Below the pieces are notes generated by a model that was not told the DNA's origin, made no database searches, and saw nothing but the letters and a program-made list of their open reading frames with translations. A stretch of 64,000 nucleotides of DNA. Source: Paramecium tetraurelia (taxonomy: Eukaryota). Made by a program: the position numbers and the translations under genes. The stretch is from assembly GCA_000165425.1 (NCBI GenBank), contig CT868030.1, positions 496,001-560,000 of the forward strand. The letters run 5' to 3'. Of this stretch, positions 1-13,100 are shown piece after piece. The number at the start of each line of letters is the position of its first letter. The first letter of the stretch is position 1.

Positions 1-202
1 TCGATTTTAATGTAATCTGCCATATAAATTATATTTTGTAAATTATTCTATTGAGGCCTTTAATTTCAATTATTGTACTTAATCGAGGCATTCTATTCCT
101 ATTGGCCCTAATTTTTTCATCATTTTTTTTAATCATATTCGATAATAATGATTAATAATATTTAGTTTCATCCTTTGATTTAATTTGACATTATGACTTC
201 AT
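1..202 (-). CDS. Hypothetical protein, 5' part (runs off the window edge)
   Basis: Code-6 frame open from ATG at 202 (MKSQCQIKSKDETKYY...) to position 1; no recognisable motif. Confidence 0.3.
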
Positions 203-580
203 ATTCTTCTAATAAAATGAAATAGCTAATTCTATCTAAGCTCAAATTTAAAATATAATATTAAATTCAGTTCTATAATTTCCTTCATATATATTTTAAT
301 AATAATAGTGAAAATTTTTATAACTACCTTCGGATAATATTGAAATATATTTTTAATATCAATATAATTTTAATGTAGTATTATTTCCGAATTAAAAAAA
401 TAAAACCTTGATCAAACAAAATTTTGAGACTAAATTAGGTCTAGCAGTAATAATTTATTAAAAAAACTATCATTTATATTAAATTAATTATTGTAGAAGG
501 GGCACATTTATTTTTAATTAATATATGGTGGATTAAAAATCATGAAACGTATAAATAAACTAATTTTCATAACAGGCTAT

Positions 581-1111
581 TCATAGATTATAAGAAGGTT
601 AAGAATTTATTCTATTTCTTATTTTTGAATGAGTTCTTTATTGTTATTTGTGTGATTTTGGTAATTTAAATCGGACATGCCTTGCTTAATGGTCTTTAAT
701 TTTTGGGCTAGATAATTATCGTTTGCTGTTCAACGTAGAGAAACCTTTTAAGGATGACTAAATTAATTAATAAGATCTTTGTTATTTCATGATGCCTATT
801 AACTGTTTTTTATCCTCTTAAACAAACAAATTTTTCTCTGAATTTGAATATGTCGATTTTTATAGGTCTGACTTCTGTTATTAGTGTATTTGATCAAAAG
901 AATAAATCATAGATTCCTAAATTACTTCATCGCACTCGATATTCTTGGGCAGTCTTTTACTTTTATGTAAGGCTTTTCTTCCTCCTTTATGAACTTTTAA
1001 AGGATATTGTTCTTTCTCTATTTAATAGTCACGCTAATCAAAATCGTCAATTTCTTAATTTTCTGATTTTTCTGATTTTTCAGAGAGTACTTTTTAACAT
1101 GCTGAACCCAT
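581..1111 (-). CDS. Small basic hypothetical protein with N-terminal MGSAC acylation-like motif and RVxF-like motif
   Basis: Intronless 176-aa code-6 ORF: MGSACQKVLSEKSEKSEN...QARHVRFKLPK...QPSYNL*. Confidence 0.7.
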
Positions 1112-1283
1112 TTTATGATAAAATACAAATTAATTGTCAATATTTCATTATCTGTTCTCTAAAAAAACAAAAATATCTAATAATATGTATTAACCATTAG
1201 AAATTGTTAGACTATTTTACGATTGATGCTTTATAATTAAACTTAAGCATTTAAGTGAATATTTAATTTATTTTAATCCTCGA

Positions 1284-2850
1284 ATGTAGGCAGGATGCAA
1301 AATTACTCTTCACTTAGCTTGCAGAAAGCTAAAAGACAAGGACACTTTTTCTAAATCAGACCCTTAAGTTTGGGTTTTTGGAAAACAGTTTCGAAACAAT
1401 TGCCTTGATAATAATTGGTCATTTTTGGGGAAGACTGAATTAATTAAAAACAACCTTAATCCAACCTTCTAAACAGCCATAATTTTAGATTATATATTTG
1501 AAGTTAAATAACCGCTTAAATTTGAAGTAAGAGATGTTGACGGAGAACAATTTGATGAGCTTGGATTTGTTGAGTCTACAGTTGGAATAATATTCGGATC
1601 AAAAAATTAAACTTGTATACTTGATTTGAGTTTGGGAGGAAAACTGATAACAATGTGCGAAAAAAATTAAGATTTAAATGAATTATATATAATGCAAATA
1701 CAAGGGTCTAGATTAAAAGGATCTTGGTGTTCAGCTCCAAATCCAAGTTTTAAACTATTTAAATGCACAAACAACAACGAATTTTTCGCATATGAATCAG
1801 AACATATACATAAGACATCAAATCCATAATGGAAAACCTTTTAAATGAAACAATTCAAGATTGGCAATAAGTTTAAATTAGAAGTTTATAATTCAATCCA
1901 TAACATTATAGGATCAAGTTACATAGAAATAGATCAATTAAAGAAGCAATAAAAAGAATACACATTAAACAATAATGGTGGTGGTATTACATTTTCTCAA
2001 TTTGAAACAATTTTTAAATTCACTTTTATGGATTATATCTAAGGGGGAACTTAATTGAATCTCAGTATCGCCATCGATTTCACTTAAAGTAATGGAGACT
2101 AAGATTAGTATAATAGTTTACACAAAATCCATTCTTAGAATTAGTATGCTTAGGCACTCACAAGTATTGGAGAAATATTATTGGCATATGATTATGATAA
2201 ATAAGTACCATGTTATGGTTTTGGTGCCAAGTTAAATTTTCCGAATTTAAAACTAAACACTGTTAGCCATTGTTTCCCATTATCAGGAGATCCCAATTAT
2301 ACAAATGCTCAAGGACTTGATGGAATCATGCAGATGTATTAAAACGCCTTAAATTACATATAATTTTCTGGTCCTACATACTTTGGTCCTTTGATTGTTG
2401 AAGCCATGAAATAGGCTACAATGATAAAATAATAGCAACTCAATTAATATCTAATATTACTGATCCTAACTGACGGTGCTATTCATGATATGGATTAAGT
2501 GGAACAATATTTAGAATAGGCAGCCTTTTTGCCAATTTCTATTATTATTATTGGAGTTGGTGACGATGACTTTACTTTAATGAAAAGATTGGATGGAGAT
2601 CAAAGTATCATTTTATTTAACAATAGTTGATGGACAGATGATGTAGTCACAATACAAAAGAGATCTTGTGCAATTTGTGCCATTTAGAGATTTTAAAGAC
2701 TCAATGTTATTGGCAAAAGAGGTTCTCGAAGAATTGCCAGACTAATTAGTGAATTATATGGAAATGTAAGGCATTAAACCTGGAGCTCCTCCTTTTCATG
2801 ATATGCAAGGTTTTGGCATGACTATGGCTTAACAATAATAGCAAATTTGA
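1284..2850 (+). CDS. Copine (two C2 domains plus vWA domain)
   Basis: LACRKLKDKDTFSKSDP, LSIAIDFTQSNG, AYDYDKQVPCYGFGA, FSGPTYF, LLILTDG, PISIIIIGVG, RDLVQFVPFR; 22-nt intron at 2605-2626. Confidence 0.95.
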
Positions 2851-2899
2851 TGATTAGGTTTATTTATTGTTATATTTTATACATATAAATTCTTAAAAT

Positions 2900-3235
2900 A
2901 TGAACATATTTAGAAATGATTTACATCAATCGAACATTCTCTATTCTTTCAAGATATCAGGAATAACATATTTATCAGTAGGACTTGTAAGAGTGTTACT
3001 CAAAAGAAAGCTTAAGAAATAACCACTATTATAATTACCATAATTAGAAATATTTTGTTCCTTAGGCTTTGGAGCATTTGTACTTTAAAGATTGAATTCG
3101 AAGGAAATGAAATAATACGATAAGCTTTAGCTGAGATAAATTCAAAAATAAAATCAGATGGAAAAGTATAAGCAGAGTTTTAAGGATTATAAGGAAAATG
3201 TATAACTATGGACTAATAGCTAGTTTTGGCATTGA
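2900..3235 (+). CDS. Small hypothetical protein with two hydrophobic segments
   Basis: Intronless 111-aa code-6 ORF: MNIFRNDLHQSNILYSFKISGITYLSVGLVRVLL...EIFCSLGFGAFVL...SQFWH*. Confidence 0.65.
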
Positions 3236-3260
3236 CATTAATATTAAAAATAATATTATA

Positions 3261-5679
3261 TCATTCTATCTATTTAGGTTCCTCTTTATTTTCATTTTCA
3301 TTTTCCTATTCTATTTTCTGAACTTGTTAAACTTCTTCATTCTTGATGGTCTAATCTTCTAGGGTATCCTATGAACAAGCAATTTCCTCTTCAATTTCTT
3401 CCTTCTCCCCTTCGTCTTCCTTTAAGTCTGCATTATCTTAGATAATCTCCTAAGGTTCCTCTGGTTCTTATTATTATTCCAATTTCTATGTCTCCTCCTA
3501 TTGATCTGATTAAGCCACTAATACTTCATTTTATTATTCTTGATGTTGAACTTCTTGATCAGGTACATTTTCAATTTAGTTATTTGAATCTTATTCTTAA
3601 ATTTGTTCATCTTCATTTTTTTCATCTTATTCTTTTGTTTCTACCTATTATTATTCTTAAGTCTCAACATCTGGCTAATTAATTTCTTAACCACCCTCAT
3701 TGTTTTCTATGATTTATGTCACAATCTCTTCTTCAAACTCTTTTAATGTCTCTGGTTCTACTTGCTATACTTATTACTACTCTCCTGTGGTTCCATCTTC
3801 ATTTTACTTTTCTTCAGAGTCTTATTCAATATCCTCCTCAATCTCAACACCTTCAGGATCAACATCTTTTGGTTGCACAACATCGTTATTATCAGAACTT
3901 ATGCATTTTCTGATTCCTTAGACTCCACGATTCTATTCTGAAGTATCCTCTTTAATATTTGGACTTATGATCTCTTCTATAAATTTTTATTCTCTTTGCT
4001 TTGGATTTATCCCCAAAATCCATTCTTATTCAACCTTATTGACATTAGTTAATCCTTTGATATATTCATCCCAATCCACTTGAATGGTTGATACTAAAAT
4101 TCATAATAATCATTTATAATACATAATTATAAACTGACTTGGAATGATGCTGATTTATTTTTATTGCAATCCAAATAGTTTGATAGTCTTGTCAAAACTC
4201 CTTAAAATCCAAACTTATTTTATCTGGCTTTTTCTTCATTATTTTATATAATAAAGAGCAAGAGGTTGGTATCTTCAAATATTAACCTATGCAAAAATTC
4301 ATCATTAGTCTCAACAAGAGCGACGATCAACCTTTCAAATAACAGATGCAATTGATTGTTAGTTTAATGCTATTTGACAAGATCAATTATCAAAGAAAAT
4401 ACTTCTGCTGTGAAATATGAATAGAATTCCGGTTTATTCACTAATGAAACAATAAATTAGATTATTAGCAATTTTCCATCTCCTAAAGGTGTAATTTCAG
4501 TTCCATCTGCAGATATGAATGGAATCTTAAAACTATCTACTTATTATAATGCTTTTTCAAATAACTAAATTACTGGTTTATAAAGCTGGGTTAAGTTGAT
4601 AACAACATCATGTTATTAGTCTGATAGGTAATACTTATTCAGAAATTCAAATTACACATTCAGCACATTATAGACTACACTCTATTATGTAGCCAATGCT
4701 AAGTTCATGAAAAATAAGGGTGTTGTTGTAACTGTAAATTGAGCTAGCATCGATTTTAATTCTTAATTCTGAGTATCAAATTGATTGATAGACTTTTTGT
4801 ATAATTCCACAAATAATTCACAAATGTTTCCAACTATCAGTTAAGAATGCTATTTGCCTTTCAGGAAGACGACTAATCTTTAGAGTAAAGCTGACCTTTC
4901 ATTCATATATTCAGTTGATTGCTCATAGTTTTCTTCCAAGATTATCAACTTCTCAAAAATATCCACGATGTGTTTTAAATATGAGTGTTTAAATAAATTT
5001 GAAAGGATATCTGGATAGTGCTTCAGGTGTTCCCAAAACTTATTTTTATTTATAAATATTTACACAATGTCCCTTCTTATGGATAATTGCATTCACGACC
5101 TTTGCAAAATAACCTGCTGTTGTTACTATTATAGCATCACTGTCAAGCAATTTTAATAAATTCTCCAACAAACCTGCTCTTATTATCTCATTTTCTTGAG
5201 CATTGTTATTCTATTCTAATTACTCTACTTATTCAGTCTCTTCGTCTTCAATTGGATTTCTTACATCATCTGATGGCTATTCACTTGGTTTTTCAAATAA
5301 AAAGTTTATTAATTTTTCATTTTCAGATCCCAATATCTCACTTCCGTAAAATGGGTATCTTAAAATTATATAAATATATTCATACTTTATACATCTATTT
5401 TTTTCTGTACATGAATCAGGAATCTCTTCCACTATATAATTGATCATCTTCAGATATTCTTAGGGATGTTCAATTAAGCTAAAATTACATAGATGTAATA
5501 CAAATCAGCAAATTTAGAAGAACTTGTTCCTTTCAATTCTTGGAGAATATCCTCTTCATTAAAAATACACTCAATTGTGAGATTCTCTTTCTTTAACAAA
5601 TTATCAAGTTTTGGCTACTACCCAAATCCAAAAAATCGGCCAAAGCTTTCAATAACTTCAAATTTTACTTGAAAAACAT
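3261..5679 (-). CDS. SAPS (SIT4-associated) / PP6 regulatory subunit with long E/Q-rich tail
   Basis: N-terminus FGRFFGFGQQPKLDNLLKKENLTIECIFNEEDILQELK matches the SAPS family start; later TTAGYFAKVV and HHSNL-like segments; several tiny introns; acidic low-complexity C-terminus. Confidence 0.88.
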
Positions 5680-5725
5680 CTATGAATTAGATTATATTAT
5701 TAAATATTTATTAATTATATTTCAT

Positions 5726-5972
5726 TCACTTTTTTTATGCTTTTTTATTTGATTTTCCTTTAGCTTATTTATTTCTTCTGTTTTATCTGGGCAATTTTCT
5801 TTGACCAGCACTTGGTTGTGTGGTAGCCTAAGCTTAAGCAACTGTTGCTTGGATAGTTCTTGTGGGTCTTGGACCTGTTGACTTTTTTGCAATCTTCTTT
5901 TTAACTATATCATTATCATCTTAACAAAATACCAATCTTAGCAGCCTTCTTAGTAACTTTTGGTTTTCCCAT
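5726..5972 (-). CDS. Very small Lys/Arg-rich protein (linker-histone-H1-like composition)
   Basis: 72 aa after removing a 28-nt intron (5905-5932): MGKPKVTKKAAKIVKKKIAKKSTGPRPTRT...KGKSNKKAQKK*; 24 K/R and no D/E. Confidence 0.75.
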
Positions 5973-6043
5973 TTAATTATTATTATTATTATTTACCATA
6001 TCACATGTTGAGAATAAGAATCAAATTTATTATTTTATCAGAA

Positions 6044-6055
6044 TTTGATTGGATA
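6044..6055 (-). promoter_or_regulatory. Candidate CCAAT-box element (TATCCAATCAAA)
   Basis: Lies about 70 nt upstream of the basic-protein ATG on the same strand; resembles the CCAAT-containing element of ciliate histone promoters (recalled). Confidence 0.4.
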
Positions 6056-6945
6056 ATTTATTTAATTAAAGAATAAAGTTGAAAAATTGCCAATCTCATC
6101 CATTTCCTCATCAATCCCTCGACTAAATTATCAGTAAATTTATTTAATCTATAATTTAAACTTGTATATGAAATAAATTTGTTTAATAAGTTGACTAGAT
6201 TTTTATTAGTAAATATCTAATTTATTGATGTTAATAGAAAAATATTTCCAGGAAAAAAATATGAAAAAAATATATCCCATGCAAATAGTCAGTTTATGGT
6301 AGGTTTAAGGATAAATCTTAATATTAGATTACATCACGACACCAATATAAAATTTATTGACAAAAAATATAACACATCTTCTAATCAGTTTTCCAATATC
6401 ATCTTCCTCATAATTAACTAAACTTAGAACATAAATGTGGTATAAAACAATTAAATATATGCTTTATTGTCTAACATTGTTATTTGTATGACTTTTTTAT
6501 TCAGAAAGCATTATAAAAATAATCTCTCCTTAAAAAATTTCTATTATTATGGAAAATTTCAAACCAGTTAAAACAGAATTATATCATAAAGTAGAATGTT
6601 AAGCCTAAGGGACTTAACCAGACTCAGATAATAGAAATAAAAGAATCAATTAAAATGAAGAAGAATTTTATAAGAAGGAAAAAAGAAATAACATTGATAA
6701 AAATTGTTTAAGAGTATGAATTCAAATTAATGAAACTTAAATTATTATCTTTAATAAACAACTTTAGTATATCATAAAAATTGCAATAGCTTCCATTATA
6801 TTAAATACATTTTATGATTCACTATGAAATCTAATATTAGATCCACATAATAGTTAATCGGAATATTTGTTAATACCTATTTAAAAGAAATTTAATCAAA
6901 TATTTTGGCTTTATTTTTTTAATTATATTTTTACAATAATTAATT

Positions 6946-8305
6946 ATGAACATTTATAAAACTTTAGGCAAAGTTAATTGTTTTTAATTTTCTACATCAG
7001 CAACATCTATTTTAAATAAGTTAGGACAAAATTACTACATAAAAAATTATGGAAATACATTCAACCAAAGGAGTATTTAAGAAGAAAGCCTAAGTAATTT
7101 TAATAAATAATAATATTTAGAAATTGGCAACAAAACATGTAGATTAGTAGGACTTCCTCGTCAAGGAGATTAACAAGAGTTAACTCAGAAAATGTCAAAT
7201 ATTTTAATGAAGGATAAGGATAAAACAAACTTTTTAATATAAATTGATCCATCTCCATATTTATTTGCCAAAAGATAGCTTTATAAATAATATCATTCAA
7301 AAGTTGATCCTATATTAAATGATGTAAGAATCGAGATTATGAAAGAATTTATTTGAACAATTACCAACTTTACCTATAGATACAAATGAATTGAAAATAG
7401 ATTTACCAATATTTGATTCCATTCATTTAATAAGGGCAAACCCTACGTTGAGTCCAGAATAAAAATAAAATATATTGGGATTCTTGAATGGAGAAAAATT
7501 AGGGTATTTTTAATCTACATTCCAAACTCTGCAAGAACAAAAGAACTAATAATAAGAATTGACACCTTAATTACTATCGGAGAGTAATGAAATGTCGAAA
7601 AGGCTTGGCTAATTATTTGAAATTACACTCTTATATGCCAACCAAAAGAGTAATGTAGACTTTTCTCAATTTGGATTATTTCAGGCATTGTATATGTCAG
7701 CTTTAAAAGGCTCTAAGGTTTATATGATTGGATTGTCAGAAATCTATTAAAGAATATATATCGGAATAATTATGTAATTACCAGATGTGCAAGAAATGTT
7801 CAAAGAGTTTTGTGAAGAATCATTATTAAACTAGTACAATAATTTGAACTATTTTTTTGAATTTACAACAATGTTATGGATTGAAAAAGCCATTGAATAT
7901 TATATGCTTTATAGTATTAATCGATTTCTCAAATATTAAGAGGAGGATGAAGTTACTGTTGTAGTAGATTCTTTGCACTTTGACCCTTTGAAGACTGCAA
8001 TTCAATAGTAAAAGAACAAATTTGTAAGTGAATGTGATAACAGTTATTTCTATGAATTTTAATATCCAAGTCCAGAAAAATAAGAAACAGATGAGCAATT
8101 ATTAGAGAAACATGCTATCTTTGATTGTATATTGGAAAATTAAATGTGGAGAGAACCTTGCATTAACAATCCTTTTCCATATCTATCGATTAATTATAAT
8201 TAGATGAATACTTTAGAATAGAAGGAAATTCAATCTATATTCTATAAATATCATTCTAAATATTCATTGATTGTAAACTAGTTGAAATAGTAAAATAAAT
8301 AATGA
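6946..8305 (+). CDS. Hypothetical protein, probably mitochondrial, TraB-like fold
   Basis: Basic, non-acidic N-terminus (MNIYKTLGKVNCFQFSTSATS). Motifs CRLVG..., FLIQIDP, ALKGSKVYMIG and VTVVVDSLHF follow the order of TraB-family motifs. One 22-nt intron near 7324. Confidence 0.55.
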
Positions 8306-8334
8306 TGAATAATTTTTAAATTTTAATATATTAA

Positions 8335-8682
8335 ATGTAATAAAGAAAATTCGTAAAGGACTATTAATAATTCGATGGTTTTGATAAAGTCGGAATAAAC
8401 TTTCTTCCTTGTACAATTAGCAAAGGCGGAGAGTGTCCAAGCGAATAATATTTTAAACCTTAAGACGACAAGGTAGTCATTCATGGAAGAGAATTAACTA
8501 AACATGTTATTGTACCGCCAAAACCATTATACATATTTTAATAACAAAAGGATGGTACAAGAGTTATAAAAGGGGAATTTAAGGAAGTTAATAAGTGGAT
8601 ATTTTATGGAAATACTCAACATGCTGAGCAAATGTTTTAGTTCCCAAATCTTATGGATGTTCTCCACAAACCAGTAAAATGA
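8335..8682 (+). CDS. RNASEH2C: Ribonuclease H2 subunit C (Rnh203-like)
   Basis: 115 aa: NFLPCTISKGGECPSEQYF...VIHGREL...GEFKEVNKW...FPNLMDVLH, matching the family pattern LPC..(G)...FF / FRGRxL / F..F..W / IH. Confidence 0.8.
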
Positions 8683-8801
8683 GTATGTTTAGAAATTTAT
8701 GAATCTATTCATTCATCTTATAATGTAGCATTTAGTTTTTTAATTTTCTAAGGAGTTAAAACTTTACATTACTCAGACATTAAAATACAATATATAAAAT
8801 A

Positions 8802-11800
8802 TCATTAATTTTATATTGAAGGGCTAATGGATCTATCAGTGTTTAAAACCTATTAAATCGGAGAAAGTTTTCTTGATAGATTTTCTAATTAGGCAATTAA
8901 TTTTTCATAAAATTATGATTCTGGACAAGGGGTTTTATTAGTTTTATGATTTCTCGACTGACTCATTTTTAATTTGATATCTACAACAACATTTTGAAGT
9001 TGTATTTATATTTATTGATATAGTTATTACTTAGCTTCTTATTTGGTTAATACATCATTATATTATTTCTTAAAGTGTTCAGCTTGACGTTTTAAAATAT
9101 CAATTTCTTGGTTCTTAAGTATAACCTACCCATTTGCTTATCTAACTTGTCTAACACTTTCATCATCTATCTTCATTTATTTATTGAGATCTTCCTAATT
9201 GTTTTAAGCATAAACCATTTTAGCCAAATACATAATATCTACTGTCTGATTGTAATGCAATAGGATTGGGTTAACAGTTAATAAACAATAATATTTAAAT
9301 TACGTTGTAGCTGTATGATTACAGATTCTTTTTAAAAATTATGCAAATTAGGATCTTGGAACCACAGGAATAGTAGTTATAATGAATTATTGTGTGTATG
9401 TTTACTCCTTAAAAATTATGCTGTACGTTATTGTTAGTTATCTAATTTTCTCTTTCCCTAAAATCTTTGCTTATTGGCTTTTGCCATACAAATAAAACTT
9501 AATATTTTAAATAGTTAAGTCCAGTTATTACAAGCTCGAATTTACGTTTTCATTTGATATTTATAAATCACTACTTAGCTAATCAAGAGTCGACCAATTA
9601 TTTCCTATTCTTTCTTAGTATTAAATTTATAATCTAATTTTTAAGTTTTACTTAAGTTTCTACTCTTTTATAGAGTTATAGTATAAATCAAGGAACATTA
9701 ATAATAAGAATTTCTTTTACGTTTCTAATTGAGATTTATATTAATACTTTATTAGCCAACAATAAGAAACATTCTACTTTAATCTAAACTTATTTTGCCA
9801 TAAAATTAAAAGTACTATCTCACTTTTTGTATGTCTAAAAATACATCATCAAATGTAAATGTTTCATAAATCTATTTCTCTATTCTGGTTTTGCCTTAAG
9901 AATAAAATTTGATTTATCTTATAATTCCATAAATAAATACTTTCTATTAAATTCAATATAAGGGAATTAAAAGTTTTTCTAGGATTTTACAACCAAGAAG
10001 ATTTCAATTTAATTCAGCTAAATCATAGTATTATTGATTTGAGAGATTATTGTTTGATTATTATCAACGCTCTTATTTCTTGTTTGGTTTAGTAGAATTT
10101 AAGATTGCAGCTATTCTTCTAATCGATTTTATTCTTCTTAATTCTTCTCCTAAAGTTATTTTATCTCATTTAATTATTGTTAAAGATCCTCATTCTGTAG
10201 TGAAAGCTACTTATTATCCTTCTTTAAATTTTCTATTAATTCTTTCATAAACACATTTTCTCTCTATTGATCGTCTATCTACTATGACTCACATAAATTT
10301 AAACTAATACTCAATAATTCTAATACTGCAATTATTTTGATTTTCGAGGTTAGGATTACTCAAATAAACTAACTCTTTTACCCAACCTTTCCTAAGGATT
10401 TGGTTTTTAATTAGTTTCTAACTTTTTTTATAGTAATTTATGTTATTATTTTAAACTTGATACTTCTTTTTCATAATTTTTCAAAAGTTAATCTAAATCC
10501 TCATTTTTTTTTCTAATTGCATTAATAAACTAAGTACTTCATCTATTAATATTAGTCCTCCTTTGAATTTATTGTATCGTTATTGAGCCACATTGATCCC
10601 GATAGGCTGCTTTCTATTTACTCAGTCTAAGTATTCTTTTCTTATAGTTCAATTTATTCAGTCAGGATTTCTTATTCATTTATTTCGGGCTTAATTTGGC
10701 ATTGTTAATCAGCAAAAGACTTATCTAAGAATAATTGCAATTGTTGTTTTAACTAAACTAATTCTTCCCTATAATAATCACTTCTAATATACATACTCTT
10801 AATGATCCTATTTATCATCAGATGTAAAATCTAACAATTTTTTGTAATATTCTTCAACTGTCTTTCCTTTTGGTTGATATTATGTATTTTAAGATAATAA
10901 TGCATCAATCATTTCTTTCAGATTTTGCAAATCCGATTACAATAAAGCCTTTTCTTATTTATATTAATGAATTTCTCTTTAACACTACTCTTTATGGCTT
11001 AGATATTCACTTCGATTTTCAGAAAATTCAGATTGTAATTTCTACAACTTCAATGGTGATTCCTCTCCTAATTATTATTATATCTTGAGTTATGTTTCTA
11101 AATCAGCAATCACTTCTAGTTTTGCTAAGTTATCCAATTTCAGAGTTTCAATTTCTTGCTTTAAAAATTAATTCTAAGATTGAATGTCAGAGAATTATAA
11201 GTTATTCGTATTGAACTATTGAATTTATTGTAAACTATTTTGATATTGATCTTATAGCTATTCATTATTTTCCTTTTGTCTATTCAATTGTTCTTATAAC
11301 AATTCACATTGTTAATTTAGCATGATTAATTATTCTTTACATGTATCATAATCAAGCAATTATTGAGCTTATTGAGTTAATGTTTCATCTTTCTAATGGA
11401 ATTATTCTTGCACAAATTCCTTAAACTATTCAAAATCCTCTTTTAGTTCTAAATACTGAGTCTCAAATTTATTATGCATTTTCAATTCTTCCAATTCCTC
11501 ACTCTTTGAATTAAGTAACAACTACAGTTGAACATTATCTTATTACAGCATTTCTAATTGCTGAAGAGATTATTAAGCTAATTAATACTCAGTGGATATC
11601 TTCTGTTTATTTTAAATAGCATCTGCATATTTCTACTCATATGCAATTAATTCATCTTCAAGTGATGATAATTTTGCTGATTCTTCATTGAATTCAATTT
11701 TTTTTTATTCAAGATCTAATTACAATTCTTAGTTATGTTGACTTAATTATTGTAATTATTATTTTAATTATTTAATTTCTTCGCATAATGCTTCAATTTT

Positions 11801-12748
11801 AGCTTTACTTGCCTAATCTTCTTTTTATAAATCAGTGATGGTGTTCTACAATTGCTCAAGTTCTTCATTATTTTGAGAATTTTAATCATATCTTGGTGAT
11901 TCCATCGGATTCAGAAGTGTTCCTAGATTATCCAATTAATTTGCTTGATTCAATTTCAATTAAACAGCATCCCCTTCTAGTTGATGGTTTTCTTATTCAT
12001 GGGTTTCTAACTATACAACACTAAATTTTAATTGCGAAGTCTTATTAATTTAATATTTTACTTCATCTTATTGCTACTAAATTAAATCTGCACTGTTTTC
12101 ATTATTTTTAGACTCAATTTTCTATATTAAGTTAAATTAATAAAATACTTAAGAATTTAATAAAAGCTATTAATTTTACTTTGAATATTCTTCTATCTAT
12201 TTTTTCAACTAATCTACTTCTATATTATGTCTTTGATATTAATAAATTATACTAAATTGTCAATTCATTTTTTTCTTGTTGCAGTTGAGATATAATATTT
12301 TGGAGTTTTTCAATCTCCCCATCAGTTTGGCTTTGTTCTTATGTTTCTTTCTTCTAGTTTATTAAATTGTTCAATTCTTCATCATGATCATGTTTTAACA
12401 CTTCAATTTCCAAATTTTTGTCATCTATTTGATGTCTATTTTATTCTATATATTCTTACTTTAATTCTGATAATTATTATTAAAGTGAAACAATTTAGCC
12501 TTAAAGTTGATCTAATTGATTTTGATTATGATCTGTTTCATTAGTCTGGGAATCTATGCCTGCCAATTTAATTTTAAGAGATGCGATTTCTTAATCTTTT
12601 TTTTAGAGATTTGTTTTAATCACTTTTATTTCATCCTCTTTGCTCTAAACTTCACTTTCAAGCATCTCTACCATTTCTTTTAGACTATAGATATAGGATT
12701 ATTTTACTCATTGACTTCTGATTTCAAACCATCTAATTCTGTTGACAT
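8802..12748 (-). CDS. Long Q/E-rich coiled-coil protein (could be more than one gene)
   Basis: Starts MSTELDGLKSEVN, then a tiny intron, then LKEMVEMLESEV; heptad-like Q/E/L/K composition in the segments translated; TGA at 8802. Not every junction was checked. Confidence 0.6.
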
Positions 12749-13100
12749 AAAAATATAAGTTTTAATTTAATTAAGATGCAAAAGTATTCATTCAATCAAA
12801 ACTAAGTTTAAAGTTTTCTACTTAATATATTTTATTTAAGAATATAAGATATTCTATGACTCATAAGTTGTTCTAAATCATTCAAAGAAGAGTAAGAGGT
12901 CCATAGATATAATTGTTATTGCAAAGGAGATTGATAAATTTTAATTTACAGTTTACAGATATTTTCAACTGCAAAAGTATACTTGAAAATTTTAGAACTG
13001 AGTAAATTGATTACTTTAATAGGAAGAATTTAGCATCTTTCAATTAAATAGCGCTTTTTTAATTATGAACAAGAAATTTATTTGTAATAAATATTTAATA

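Noticed and set aside
3488..3921. Plus-strand F/L/S-rich ORFs in the supplied track
   Set aside because: Antisense shadows of the E/Q-rich tail of the minus-strand SAPS gene.
6400..6860. Short plus-strand ORF(s)
   Set aside because: Two competing frames, no motif and no reliable start or stop.
8802..12748. Dynactin p150 assignment for the coiled-coil gene
   Set aside because: Only faint heptad-level resemblance and no CAP-Gly domain; not supportable by eye.
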